Shown: positions 17,644 to 26,347, counted from the stretch's first letter. The stretch is 64,000 bases of DNA from a candidate division FCPU426 bacterium (GCA_030637655.1 DAOWGI010000002.1:3122-67121); one strand, 5' to 3'. A program made the numbers and translations. The notes: a model not told the origin generated them from the letters alone.

Positions 17644-19743
17644 ATGAAAAAAGAATGTGTACGTCTTATTTTAGCTGTTAGTTTGTTTAGTGGAATTTTT
17701 GCCGGCGCTTTTGCCCAAATTGAGGGTGAAGATCCGCAGCCGCAAGATCAATCTCAAATGATTTCAGAAACAGCAAATACTTCAGAGTTGGGTAACTCAA
17801 CCACCTCCGAATCCGCCGTTTTTTTGTCGGAAGAGCCTGCGGGAGAACCGGTAGTGATGGAACCCATGGTGGTCACTGCTTCGAAAATTGCCAGTCCTTT
17901 ATCCGATGTAACCGGCTCTATTACTGTAATTACCGCAGCTGACATCGAAGCGCGTAAGGCCAAAGATTTAAAAGAAATATTGCAGGGTGTAGTTGGCATT
18001 GATCTGATTCAAAACGGCGGGACCGGACAGTTGGGCTCGGTTTTTGTGCGCGGAGCCGCGTCAGAGCGCACCCTGATTATGATCAATGGCGTGCCGATGT
18101 ATGATCCCATGTCACCGGCCAGGAATACTAATATTGCCAAGATCACGCTGGACAATGTAGAGCAGATTGAGGTTGTACGTGGGCCACAGAGCGTGGTCTT
18201 TGGTTCCAGCGCGATGGGTGGAGTTATTAATATTATTACTAAAAAAGGCAAAGCATCACCCCAATTACAATTACAAGCTGAGGGTGGAAAATACGGGACT
18301 CTGGTAACAGCTTTAACTGCCAATGGCGCTATTGGTGATCTGGGATTTGCCTTGGGAACTTCGTTTGCCAATACTGAAGGATTTTCCGCAGCCAAACGCA
18401 GCGAGGATTTTGTAGCTTCAGAACCGGCGCCGGCCATGGAAGCTGATGGGGATCAGAGTTTGAGTGTGGATTTGAATCTGGACTATCAAGTGTCTGATAG
18501 TATTAGCCTGACCCTCATGAACCGTTTTATCAACAGCAACACGGATATTGATGCTTTTGCCGGGAACTTTGGCGATGATCCGAATTTCACTTCCGGGTAT
18601 ACACAATTGTTGAATCAATTCAAAGCGGATTGGGAAGTCATGGATAATCTCTGGTCTGCGAGCCTGAATGTTGGGATGAATCAACTGGATCGCAGAACTG
18701 TCAATGAAACAGATCAAGAGCATCCGGTGGATATGTCCCGTGGAGAGTACCGTTCGCGTACTATAGGCGTGGATTGGAACAACCAGGTTAGCTTGCCTTT
18801 TAGTAATACCATTGCGGTGGGAGGACATTATCATCAGGAACAGGGTATGTCACATTATTACAGCGAATACCTGGATTGGTATACAGGCGCGCCTACCTCA
18901 TCGGAATCACAATTTGATGTGCGCAGTTCACACCAGTTTAGTCTATATTTGGAAGAACGTTGGCAGTGGCAAGGCTTGACCACAGTAATCGGTGCGCGCT
19001 TTGACAATCACGATCAATATGGCGGACATACCACCTATCGTATTACACCCGCCTATCGTATTGATTCGACCAGGACGCGGATAAAGGCCTCGTATGGCAC
19101 GGCCTTTAATGCGCCCTCTTTATATCAATTATATGTGGATGATGTGTATTCTCAGGGAGATCCTGCGCTTAAACCGGAAACTTCGAATGGTTGGGAAGCA
19201 GGTGTGGAGCAATCGTTTTGGGAAGATCGTATTACCTTGAGTGCTACCTATTTTCAAACCCAATACCAGGATCAGATTGACGCTGCCTTTGATTCCGCCA
19301 CTTATAAATATATCTACTCGAATACTGAAAAAGCGGAAACCAAAGGCTGGGAAGCCGGTATCCAGGCTGAACCGATTGAGAAGCTGCTGCTGGCTTTGAC
19401 CTATACCAAACTGACAGCTAATGATCTGACTAATGAAGATACGATTGGTCCGGAGCCTTTGCTTCGCAGAGCGCACTATCATACGTCCTTTGCCGCCCGG
19501 TATGCGTTTCTGGATACAATGGTCACCTTGCAGGTAGGACATGTGGGGCCTCGTTGGGATTCAGGAAAAAAGGATTTGGAACCCTATACTCTGGTCAATC
19601 TAAGTGTTAGTTACCGGATTATTCCTCAAACCCAGGTTTACGTGAAAGTGCATAACCTCCTGGATGAAGATTATGTTGAGGTTTCAGGGTATTCCACCTC
19701 GCGTTTTGCAGTCTATAGCGGGATAGAGATTGATTTGCCGTAA
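17644..19743 (+). CDS. btuB: TonB-dependent outer-membrane receptor, probable cobalamin receptor
   Basis: It has a signal peptide, a TonB-box-like EPMVVTAS, a plug motif (VRGAASERTLIMINGVPMYD) and beta-barrel repeats. It is controlled by the upstream B12 riboswitch. Confidence 0.8.
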   Translation: MKKECVRLILAVSLFSGIFAGAFAQIEGEDPQPQDQSQMISETANTSELGNSTTSESAVFLSEEPAGEPVVMEPMVVTASKIASPLSDVTGSITVITAADIEARKAKDLKEILQGVVGIDLIQNGGTGQLGSVFVRGAASERTLIMINGVPMYDPMSPARNTNIAKITLDNVEQIEVVRGPQSVVFGSSAMGGVINIITKKGKASPQLQLQAEGGKYGTLVTALTANGAIGDLGFALGTSFANTEGFSAAKRSEDFVASEPAPAMEADGDQSLSVDLNLDYQVSDSISLTLMNRFINSNTDIDAFAGNFGDDPNFTSGYTQLLNQFKADWEVMDNLWSASLNVGMNQLDRRTVNETDQEHPVDMSRGEYRSRTIGVDWNNQVSLPFSNTIAVGGHYHQEQGMSHYYSEYLDWYTGAPTSSESQFDVRSSHQFSLYLEERWQWQGLTTVIGARFDNHDQYGGHTTYRITPAYRIDSTRTRIKASYGTAFNAPSLYQLYVDDVYSQGDPALKPETSNGWEAGVEQSFWEDRITLSATYFQTQYQDQIDAAFDSATYKYIYSNTEKAETKGWEAGIQAEPIEKLLLALTYTKLTANDLTNEDTIGPEPLLRRAHYHTSFAARYAFLDTMVTLQVGHVGPRWDSGKKDLEPYTLVNLSVSYRIIPQTQVYVKVHNLLDEDYVEVSGYSTSRFAVYSGIEIDLP

Positions 19744-19758
19744 TATTTGATATATTAA

Positions 19759-19818
19759 TGTAGGGGCACGATGCTTGTCCGACATCGCTTTAGCGAAGTC
19801 GGATGCCGTGCCCCTACA
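19759..19818. repeat. REP-like palindrome, family 1, compound 60-nt hairpin
   Basis: The sequence is TGTAGGGGCACG...CGTGCCCCTACA, with an inner stem TCCGAC/GTCGGA. Confidence 0.7.
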
Positions 19819-19841
19819 AATATTATCAAGGAGAGGGGAAA

Positions 19842-20786
19842 ATGCCGAAAATATCGAGGACCAAATCACGAATTCTGCTGCTAACTGTTACGCTGCTTTT
19901 TCTGGCGGCTTCAGCCTTGGCATTTTACGTTCCGACCGGCGGCAAGGTGGTCCGGATGCGAATGCTGCGCATGACCAAAGGTGAGGTACCCCAGAGAATT
20001 GTTTCACTCGCGCCGGTGATTACAGAGACACTGTATGCAATAGGCGCCGGTGATAAAGTAAAAGGTGTGACTGATTATTGTGATTATCCGCCGGAAGCTG
20101 CCAAGGTTGCCAAAGTTGGCGGTTACTATGATCCAAATTTTGAGGCCATTTTATCTCTGCGTCCTGATTTGGTGATATTATTGCCGGAACATAAAGAGCA
20201 TCGTCAACGTTTTCAGTATTTGCGCATTGCGACCTATACCGTAGAAATGAATTCGATTGCCGGTATCATGAGTACCTTCATCCAATTGGGCTCGATTTGT
20301 CAGAAAGAAGCTCAGGGTTTTTATCTGACAGAGACCTTCCGGCAAAAAATCATGGCTGTTCAGAAGAAAACTCAAAACCTCTCGCGTAAAAAAGTTGTGC
20401 TCGCTATTAATCGTGATTATAGTGAGGCAGTGATTCGTGAGGCCTATGTGGCTGGGCAGGATGGTTTTTACAATGAGTTGTTGCAATTTGCCGGTGGAAC
20501 CAATGCTTACCAAAAAAAGGTGCCTAAGTATCCCAAATTGTCCATAGAAGGCTTAATAGCATTGCACACGGATGTGTTAATCGAATTAATACCGGATTCT
20601 TCCCAAGGTTCCAAATCACCGGCACAGTTGAAGCAGGACTGGCAAGCCATGCCGGGGTTGTCCGAGGCACAGAAAAAAGAGGTTTACATTTTAACAGGCA
20701 GCTATCTCGTTCGCCCGGGTCCGCGAGTACTCCAATTACTGGATGATCTGGTAAAAATATTGCATCCTGAGATTGTTGGGGAATGA
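19842..20786 (+). CDS. btuF: periplasmic substrate-binding protein of a class-III (BtuF/FhuD-type) ABC importer
   Basis: I chose the internal start MPKISRTKSRILLLTVTLLF (AAGGAGAGGGG upstream). RIVSLAPVITETLYAIGAGDKVKGVTDYCDYP is typical of BtuF-like proteins. Confidence 0.7.
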   Translation: MPKISRTKSRILLLTVTLLFLAASALAFYVPTGGKVVRMRMLRMTKGEVPQRIVSLAPVITETLYAIGAGDKVKGVTDYCDYPPEAAKVAKVGGYYDPNFEAILSLRPDLVILLPEHKEHRQRFQYLRIATYTVEMNSIAGIMSTFIQLGSICQKEAQGFYLTETFRQKIMAVQKKTQNLSRKKVVLAINRDYSEAVIREAYVAGQDGFYNELLQFAGGTNAYQKKVPKYPKLSIEGLIALHTDVLIELIPDSSQGSKSPAQLKQDWQAMPGLSEAQKKEVYILTGSYLVRPGPRVLQLLDDLVKILHPEIVGE

Positions 20787-21583
20787 TACTGGCTGCCCAT
20801 AAATATTGTTATACTGTTCAGGTAGGGGCACGGCGTGTCGTGCCCTTACTACAGGATATTAGTTTTTCGGTTCAAGCTGGAGAACGTTTTGCGATTGTTG
20901 GTCCCAATGGGGCGGGAAAATCAACCTTATTAAAATCAATATGCCGTATCTTACCGTATGGGCAGGGCGAAATTCGAGTAGCCGGCAAACGCGTGCAGGA
21001 TTATTCGCAAAAAGAATTGGCACGAAAATTATCCTATGTACCCCAGGCTGTGTTGCGCAATCATGGATTTACGGTTTTTGAGTTTGTACTCATGGGGCGA
21101 TATCCGCACTTCTCGCCATTTACCACCATAACTTCCAATGATTTACAAAAAGTGAATCAAGCCCTGGAAATGACCGGTATGTTGCCTTTTGTCCAGCGCA
21201 GAATGGATACCCTATCCGGTGGAGAACAGCAGAAAGTCATGATAGCAGCGGTCTTGGCCCAGGAAGCTGAGATCATGCTCTTGGATGAACCGGCTGCTTT
21301 TTTGGATCCGTATCATCAGGAACAGGTGTACACTCTGTTGGAAAAGATATGCCAAGAAACCCAGGTAACCATTGTTGAGGTTACGCATGATGTGAACCGG
21401 GCTGCCTTAGGGCATGAAAGGATATTAGGACTGCGGGATGGAGAAGTTGTATTTTGCGGGACACCACAGGAATTCATGCGTCAGGAAGTGCTGTACTCCA
21501 TTTATGGAAAAAAATTCGAACTGGCTAAACATCCCCGAAATGGTCGGGATATTATATTACCCGAAGTGGCCTTATGCCAATAA
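20783..21583 (+). CDS. btuD: ABC transporter ATPase (BtuD/FecE type)
   Basis: It has Walker A (GPNGAGKST), the signature LSGGEQQ and Walker B (MLLDEP). There is an ATGA overlap with the binding-protein gene. Confidence 0.85.
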   Translation: MILAAHKYCYTVQVGARRVVPLLQDISFSVQAGERFAIVGPNGAGKSTLLKSICRILPYGQGEIRVAGKRVQDYSQKELARKLSYVPQAVLRNHGFTVFEFVLMGRYPHFSPFTTITSNDLQKVNQALEMTGMLPFVQRRMDTLSGGEQQKVMIAAVLAQEAEIMLLDEPAAFLDPYHQEQVYTLLEKICQETQVTIVEVTHDVNRAALGHERILGLRDGEVVFCGTPQEFMRQEVLYSIYGKKFELAKHPRNGRDIILPEVALCQ

Positions 21584-22560
21584 AACGGCCTGTATTGGGA
21601 ATCGTGTTGCTTCTTCTGGTATTTATAGGCTCTCTGCTGCTGCTGCCGTTCCTGGGTCTGGAAGTGATTAGCCCTCAGGAGGTTCTTTCCGGAACCAGTG
21701 ATCGCGTTAATCAAATTTTCTGGTACTTGCGTGTGCCGCGTGTGTTAACCGGAGTACTCGTCGGAAGTGTTTTAGCTTTGGCCGGTCTTACGTTTCAAGC
21801 GGTTTTTCAGAATCCGTTAGCCACTCCCTTTACGCTCGGTACTGCCTCAGGCGCCAGCTTGGGCGCCAGTCTCTATATCTGGACCGGTTGGTCGATCTCA
21901 CTTTTAGGTATTCAGGGAATTACGCTGTTTGCCTTTTTAGGCGCACTCCTGGCGCTGGGTGTGGTGTATGGTTTTTCTCAACTCAAGGACGGTATGTCCA
22001 CTACCACCATGCTGTTGGCCGGAGTGGCGGTGAGTATCTTTTTTTCAAGCCTTATTCTCCTGATTCAATATCTATCCGATCAAGCCCATAGTTTGCGTAT
22101 TTTACGCTGGTTGATGGGCGGACTGGAGGCAGTTGGGTATGGTCGCTTGCTTGAACCATTGCCGTTTGCTGTGGTGGGTATGCTTCTGATTTTTTATCAT
22201 CGTTGGGATTTGAATCTGCTGGCTATTGGCGAAGATCTGGCTGCCAGCCGGGGTGTGGATGTGAAGCGCACCAAGATCATGCTGCTATTGGTGGCCGGCT
22301 TGATGGTTGGCGCTGTAGTGGCCATTGCCGGTCCGGTGGGTTTTGTAGGTTTGATGATTCCGCATATTTGCCGCCTCTGGTTGGGATCAGATCACAGGGT
22401 TCTGATTATAGCCGCTATTCTTATGGGAGGGATTTTCTTGCCCTGGTGCGATACCTTGGCCAGAGTAATTGTCGCGCCGGCGGAATTGCCGGTGGGGATA
22501 ATTACGGCACTTTTAGGTGGACCGTTCTTTCTGTGGATGCTAGTAAGGCAGAAGCGATAA
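21574..22560 (+). CDS. btuC: FecCD/BtuC-family ABC permease
   Basis: It is polytopic, with RVLTGVLVGSVLALAGLTFQAVFQNPLATP and a C-terminal GIITALLGGPFFLWML. It overlaps the ATPase gene by 10 nt. Confidence 0.85.
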   Translation: MPIKRPVLGIVLLLLVFIGSLLLLPFLGLEVISPQEVLSGTSDRVNQIFWYLRVPRVLTGVLVGSVLALAGLTFQAVFQNPLATPFTLGTASGASLGASLYIWTGWSISLLGIQGITLFAFLGALLALGVVYGFSQLKDGMSTTTMLLAGVAVSIFFSSLILLIQYLSDQAHSLRILRWLMGGLEAVGYGRLLEPLPFAVVGMLLIFYHRWDLNLLAIGEDLAASRGVDVKRTKIMLLLVAGLMVGAVVAIAGPVGFVGLMIPHICRLWLGSDHRVLIIAAILMGGIFLPWCDTLARVIVAPAELPVGIITALLGGPFFLWMLVRQKR

Positions 22561-22658
22561 AAATAGTGATCGGTAGATCAGATGAACAGTAGACCGCAGG
22601 TGATAGTCTCCTGATCATCTGGTCACCTGCTCTGCATTTCGTGCTATGCACGAAATGC

Positions 22659-22706
22659 TCGGCGGGCCGTTTTTTTTGTGGATGTTGGTTAGACGGAAAC
22701 GATAAC
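22659..22706 (+). pseudogene. short degenerate copy of the permease 3' end
   Basis: GGCGGGCCGTTTTTTTTGTGGATGTTGGTTAGACGGAAACGATAA aligns with the tail of 24934-24979 (GGCGGGCCGTTCTTTCTGTGGATGTTGATAAGGCAAAAACGTTAA). It is followed by the same REP type. Confidence 0.6.
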
Positions 22707-22712
22707 AAATAT

Positions 22713-22743
22713 TGTAGAGACGTTGCAATGCAACGTCTCTACA
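22713..22743. repeat. REP-like palindrome, family 2
   Basis: The sequence is TGTAGAGACGTTGCAATGCAACGTCTCTACA, with a perfect 13-bp stem. Confidence 0.75.
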
Positions 22744-22901
22744 ATATTAATCCTGCCAATGAATTTTCTGAAAAAAGATGAATGGAAAAACAAATTTTTC
22801 TGTCTAAGTGAAATAGAGAACTTAAACTTTTTTAAAGAATAGCCTTAATGTTTTTTATTGATAAATATCTTTTCAAATACCCCGAAATGGAGTACAATAA
22901 A

Positions 22902-23168
22902 ATGAAATATATTGTTGAGATAAAAAAGAAAATCCGTCGTAATTTGTGGAAATTGCCGGCGAAAATCCAGGCTGGATTTTTCATGCTTGTTAAAGATTTG
23001 CAAAAGACAGGTCCAGTGGTTAAACAATGGCATAATTTCAGTACACTGGGTAAAAACAAATATCATTGTCATTTAAGTTATTCTTGGGTAGCCTGTTGGT
23101 CTTATGAAGGAAAAAATATAATAATAGAGGTGTACTATGTTGGCAGTCGTGAAAACGCCCCATATTAA
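22902..23168 (+). CDS. RelE/ParE-superfamily toxin (toxin-first, HigB-like arrangement)
   Basis: This is an 88-aa ORF starting MKYIVEIKKKIRRNLWKLP. The C-terminal ...YHCHLSYSWVACWSYEGKNIIIEVYYVGSRENAPY is typical of that family, and it overlaps a downstream HTH gene. Confidence 0.55.
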   Translation: MKYIVEIKKKIRRNLWKLPAKIQAGFFMLVKDLQKTGPVVKQWHNFSTLGKNKYHCHLSYSWVACWSYEGKNIIIEVYYVGSRENAPY

Positions 23169-23502
23169 ACTCTTGGTTGAAGGAGAGATTTCCAAAGCGT
23201 TTTTGAGCTATTTGAAACATCACTTTGGAAATCAACTCAAAATCCAGGATGATGATGAAGAGTATATAAATATTGAAGAGACGGAATGGTATAAAGAAAT
23301 GTCAAAAAAAATTACGCCTGGTGATGCCATTCAATGCTATCGCGAAAACTACGGATGGACGCAAGCGGAGTTGGGTAAAAGAATGGGCGGTGTATCCCGC
23401 CAACGGGTTTCAGATTATGAGAACGGGCGCAGGGAAGTGAGCAAGAAAATGGCCAAACAGCTGTCGAAGTTGTTTAAAGTGCCGGTGGAGAGGTTTATAT
23501 AA
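23137..23502 (+). CDS. XRE-family HTH antitoxin (HigA-like)
   Basis: The C-terminal HTH is YGWTQAELGKRMGGVSRQRVSDYENGRREVSKKMAKQLSKLF. It overlaps the toxin ORF by 32 nt. Confidence 0.65.
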   Translation: MLAVVKTPHIKLLVEGEISKAFLSYLKHHFGNQLKIQDDDEEYINIEETEWYKEMSKKITPGDAIQCYRENYGWTQAELGKRMGGVSRQRVSDYENGRREVSKKMAKQLSKLFKVPVERFI

Positions 23503-23549
23503 AGGGAGATTTGTTAAAAGTCGTTGGTGTTTTGTTGGCGCGCTTGCTT

Positions 23550-23577
23550 TGTAGGGGCAATTCATGAATTGCCCCTA
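23550..23577. repeat. REP-like palindrome, family 1
   Basis: The sequence is TGTAGGGGCAATTCATGAATTGCCCCTA. Confidence 0.7.
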
Positions 23578-23633
23578 ATAGATTGATGTGCTCCCCGCGG
23601 TCGCCCGCAATGACCCATAGATGGAGAAAAAAG

Positions 23634-24731
23634 ATGAAACGTGTTTTTGTATTTGGCGCAGGCGCTTCACGGGATCTTAATTTCACTTCCAGTGTTTGGG
23701 ATTATCCACAACCAATAGATATTCAAAACCATGTTCTTCAAGGCCCTTTGAGCTCTGGATTTTTTTATACAGCTAATGAATTCAATCGAATCATTAGCAA
23801 TAGATATCCGCTAATAGTCCCGCCTGAAATCGGAAATAGATTAGGCGCATATATTCAAAGACAATACAATATTAAAAAGAATGAGCTTCTGAATGACCAG
23901 TCACAGAGCAAAAAAATCAATATAGAGGGATTATACACGGAACTGGAACAAGCAAGAGAAAGCCGGTTGATTAAGAACGGGGAAATTGATCTCAATACCC
24001 CGGAATATGAGACATATACAGCCCTTGGAGAGTTAAAAAAATACATCTTTGCCACTTTCGCATTCATGTCTTATTATTGCGTTTCTCAATTACATCAGCG
24101 CTTTGCAAAAGAAATCTTAAAACCTGGAGATACGATCATTTCTTTCAATTGGGAAATTTTATTGGAGGAAGCACTGGATAGAACCGACTTGTGGAAATTC
24201 GAAGACGGTTATGGTTTTAGATTCCGTGGTTTGGTGGGTAAAGTCAATCGGCCTGAACAAGAAAATGGATCTCAAATAACTGTTCTGAAACCTCATGGAT
24301 CAATAAACTGGTACAGAGACGATAAAAGCAACAGGTACCTCGCCTTGCAAACCAACGTTGGTCTGAGAGGAGGAGCGCCGGGAGGATGGTTGAATGAGAG
24401 CTATAAAGTCGATTGCAATAATTCGGTAAAAACGGCATTCATACCACCGGGTAAAAAGAGAGAGGATTTTCCGGATATTTGGGGCTGGATGGATAACGAA
24501 CTTGAACAAGCTGATGAGATCTGTCTTGTTGGTTTTTCGTTCAATAAATTTGATAAGCATATTACAGATAGATTCGAGAAAAAAAAATACCGTAAAAATC
24601 CTAAAATTGAAATAATTAATCCGGATACAGAATTAATTATAAAATGTAAAAAGATCTTTAAAGTGAAAAATGTTACTCGACCGGCTTGCTCATTTGCGAA
24701 TTGGTTCGAGAATCATTTAGTGAAAAAATGA
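23634..24731 (+). CDS. stand-alone SIR2-like (SIR2_2-type) protein
   Basis: I chose the start MKRVFVFGAGASRD with GGAG upstream. The strings FGAGAS, ISFNWEILLEEAL and VLKPHGSINW parallel the GAGxS / TxNYDxLLE / HGS landmarks of defence-associated SIR2 domains. This stretch looks AT-rich (a 60-nt sample at 23881-23940 is 38% GC). Confidence 0.6.
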   Translation: MKRVFVFGAGASRDLNFTSSVWDYPQPIDIQNHVLQGPLSSGFFYTANEFNRIISNRYPLIVPPEIGNRLGAYIQRQYNIKKNELLNDQSQSKKINIEGLYTELEQARESRLIKNGEIDLNTPEYETYTALGELKKYIFATFAFMSYYCVSQLHQRFAKEILKPGDTIISFNWEILLEEALDRTDLWKFEDGYGFRFRGLVGKVNRPEQENGSQITVLKPHGSINWYRDDKSNRYLALQTNVGLRGGAPGGWLNESYKVDCNNSVKTAFIPPGKKREDFPDIWGWMDNELEQADEICLVGFSFNKFDKHITDRFEKKKYRKNPKIEIINPDTELIIKCKKIFKVKNVTRPACSFANWFENHLVKK

Positions 24732-24736
24732 AACTG

Positions 24737-24979
24737 GTGGCCATTGCCGGTCCGGTGGGTTTTGTGGGTTTGATGATTCCGCATATTTGCCGCCTCTGGT
24801 TAGGCTCGGATCACAGGGTTTTAATTATCGCCGCTATTCTTATGGGTGCTATATTTTTGCCCTGGTGCGATACCTTGGCCAGAGTAATAGTCGCGCCGGC
24901 GGAATTGCCGGTGGGGATAATTACCGCACTTTTAGGCGGGCCGTTCTTTCTGTGGATGTTGATAAGGCAAAAACGTTAA
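24737..24979 (+). pseudogene. 243-bp duplicate of the btuC-like permease 3' end (no start, displaced copy)
   Basis: It is about 90% identical by eye to 22318-22560. Translation VAIAGPVGFVGLMIPHICRLWLGSDHRVLIIAAILMGAIFLPWCDTLARVIVAPAELPVGIITALLGGPFFLWMLIRQKR matches the C-terminus of the intact permease. Confidence 0.85.
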
Positions 24980-24988
24980 CACGTTTAC

Positions 24989-25036
24989 TGTAGAGACGCG
25001 ATTAATCGCGTCTCTACAATTGTGCGCGTCTCTACA
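24989..25036. repeat. REP-like palindrome, family 2, plus an extra half-site
   Basis: TGTAGAGACGCGATTAATCGCGTCTCTACA is identical to 46480-46509. It is followed by GCGCGTCTCTACA. Confidence 0.8.
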
Positions 25037-25049
25037 ATGAAGAAAGGAA

Positions 25050-25118
25050 ATGATTATTCCAAAACGTTCCGGGTAAACGCACATTTATTCCGGCGATGGT
25101 AAAGGCACAATCAACAGG
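25050..25118 (+). pseudogene. degenerate copy of the cobO 5' end
   Basis: atg att att CCAAAACGTTcCGGGTAaAcgCACATTTATtCCGGCgATGGtAAAGGCA... aligns with cobO 44465-44522 at roughly 83% identity. It has an in-frame TAA (25074-25076) where cobO has Tyr. It reads PKRSG*THIYSGDGKG against cobO PKRFGYIHIYTGNGKG. Confidence 0.7.
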
Positions 25119-25135
25119 GTTAAATAATATTTTTA

Positions 25136-25164
25136 TTGACAGATACTGGTTTTTATTAAATAAT
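25136..25164 (+). promoter_or_regulatory. candidate sigma-70 promoter upstream of selU
   Basis: The pattern is TTGACA-N17-AATAAT. It is a pattern match only. Confidence 0.3.
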
Positions 25165-25333
25165 TTTCCTGCTCGGTTGGTTGTCTGAAACCTCTGCTTT
25201 CAAACAGATATGGTGAGAACCCTGAAGCTGAGCCGCCCTCCTGTTGATACCACGTAAGTTTGCGAGGGAGTAGATGAAAGTCAATTTCCCTTTGCATTTG
25301 GTTAAGCTGCAGGAGGGTGCTATTTTATAACCC

Positions 25334-26281
25334 ATGATACAAATCCAAGACTTCCTTGAAAAAAAACAGATCCCTTTAATAGACCTACGACCGTTGGCCA
25401 TGTACAGACATGGGCATATCCCTGGTGCCATACATGTATCATTGGATAGAATAAGAAAAAGTCCGGAAGTATTGCCAAAGCGTCTGATCCGGTTGCTCCC
25501 TTCAGAAAAATCAGATAGCCTACGGTCTGTACGCATGTATTGCCAGGACGGCGGCACTATTACCCAGACAGCCACTTCAATACTAAAGAATCATCATCGC
25601 CAGTCCCTCAGCCTATCCAACGGCTATCTCGCTTATCGCGATTATGTGGATTCCATTTTTCGAAAACCGTTTCAATTGATGGTGCTTAGAGGTCTGGCTG
25701 GTTCCGGTAAAACTGAATTATTGTACGCGCTGCAAGCTGAAGGGGAACAGGTAATTGATTTGGAAAAATTGGCGCAGCATCGCGGTTCGGTGTTTGGCCA
25801 TTTAGGTATGCCTCCACAACCGGCCAAGGAGCAATTTCAGAACAACTTAGCGGACCGCATAGATAAGCTGGATATCCAGCGCAGGATCTGGGTTGAAGAG
25901 GAGACCGAAAACATTGGACGGGTAGGGATACCCCGGCCTCTGTTGAGTAAGTTGCACCAGGCTCCGGTTGTCTGCTTGAACGTATCTCTGCTTCAGAGGA
26001 CGCAGCGTTTGTGGGAAACCTACAAACGTTTTTCAACCAGAGACTTGCAGGCCAATGTACAAAAATTAAGTTCGCGTTTGGATAAGGCGGTCATTAAACA
26101 AATCATGACTGTTTTGGAAAAACGAGAGCTTAAGCAAGCGATTGGGAAGTTGTTATTATATTATGACCAAGCATATCAGCATCAATTTAAATCCCAATCC
26201 GTTTGGATTTCATTGGATATGGATAAGAATTCCATTATTTGTGCAGCACAAAAACTAAGGCGGAAAAAATTCTCCGCGTGA
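25334..26281 (+). CDS. selU: tRNA 2-selenouridine synthase (rhodanese plus P-loop)
   Basis: The N-terminal rhodanese-like region has IDLRPLAMYRHGHIPGAIHV...YCQDGG. The P-loop block is LRGLAGSGKTELLYALQAEGEQVIDLEKLAQHRGSVFG. Confidence 0.7.
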   Translation: MIQIQDFLEKKQIPLIDLRPLAMYRHGHIPGAIHVSLDRIRKSPEVLPKRLIRLLPSEKSDSLRSVRMYCQDGGTITQTATSILKNHHRQSLSLSNGYLAYRDYVDSIFRKPFQLMVLRGLAGSGKTELLYALQAEGEQVIDLEKLAQHRGSVFGHLGMPPQPAKEQFQNNLADRIDKLDIQRRIWVEEETENIGRVGIPRPLLSKLHQAPVVCLNVSLLQRTQRLWETYKRFSTRDLQANVQKLSSRLDKAVIKQIMTVLEKRELKQAIGKLLLYYDQAYQHQFKSQSVWISLDMDKNSIICAAQKLRRKKFSA

Positions 26282-26310
26282 ATATAAAAAGTTTATAAAA
26301 TCAATGTTTT

Positions 26311-26347
26311 CAGTAAAACCAAACTATTCACTAATTTGGTTTTACTG
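26311..26347 (+). terminator. perfect 13-bp stem hairpin after selU
   Basis: The hairpin is CAGTAAAACCAAA-N11-TTTGGTTTTACTG. No T-run follows, so terminator function is uncertain. Confidence 0.4.

Noticed and set aside
25156-25575. A 139-aa minus-strand ORF spanning the selU start.
   Set aside because: It overlaps the well-supported selU N-terminus, has no RBS and no motif, and runs through the promoter-like AT-rich region. It is probably spurious.
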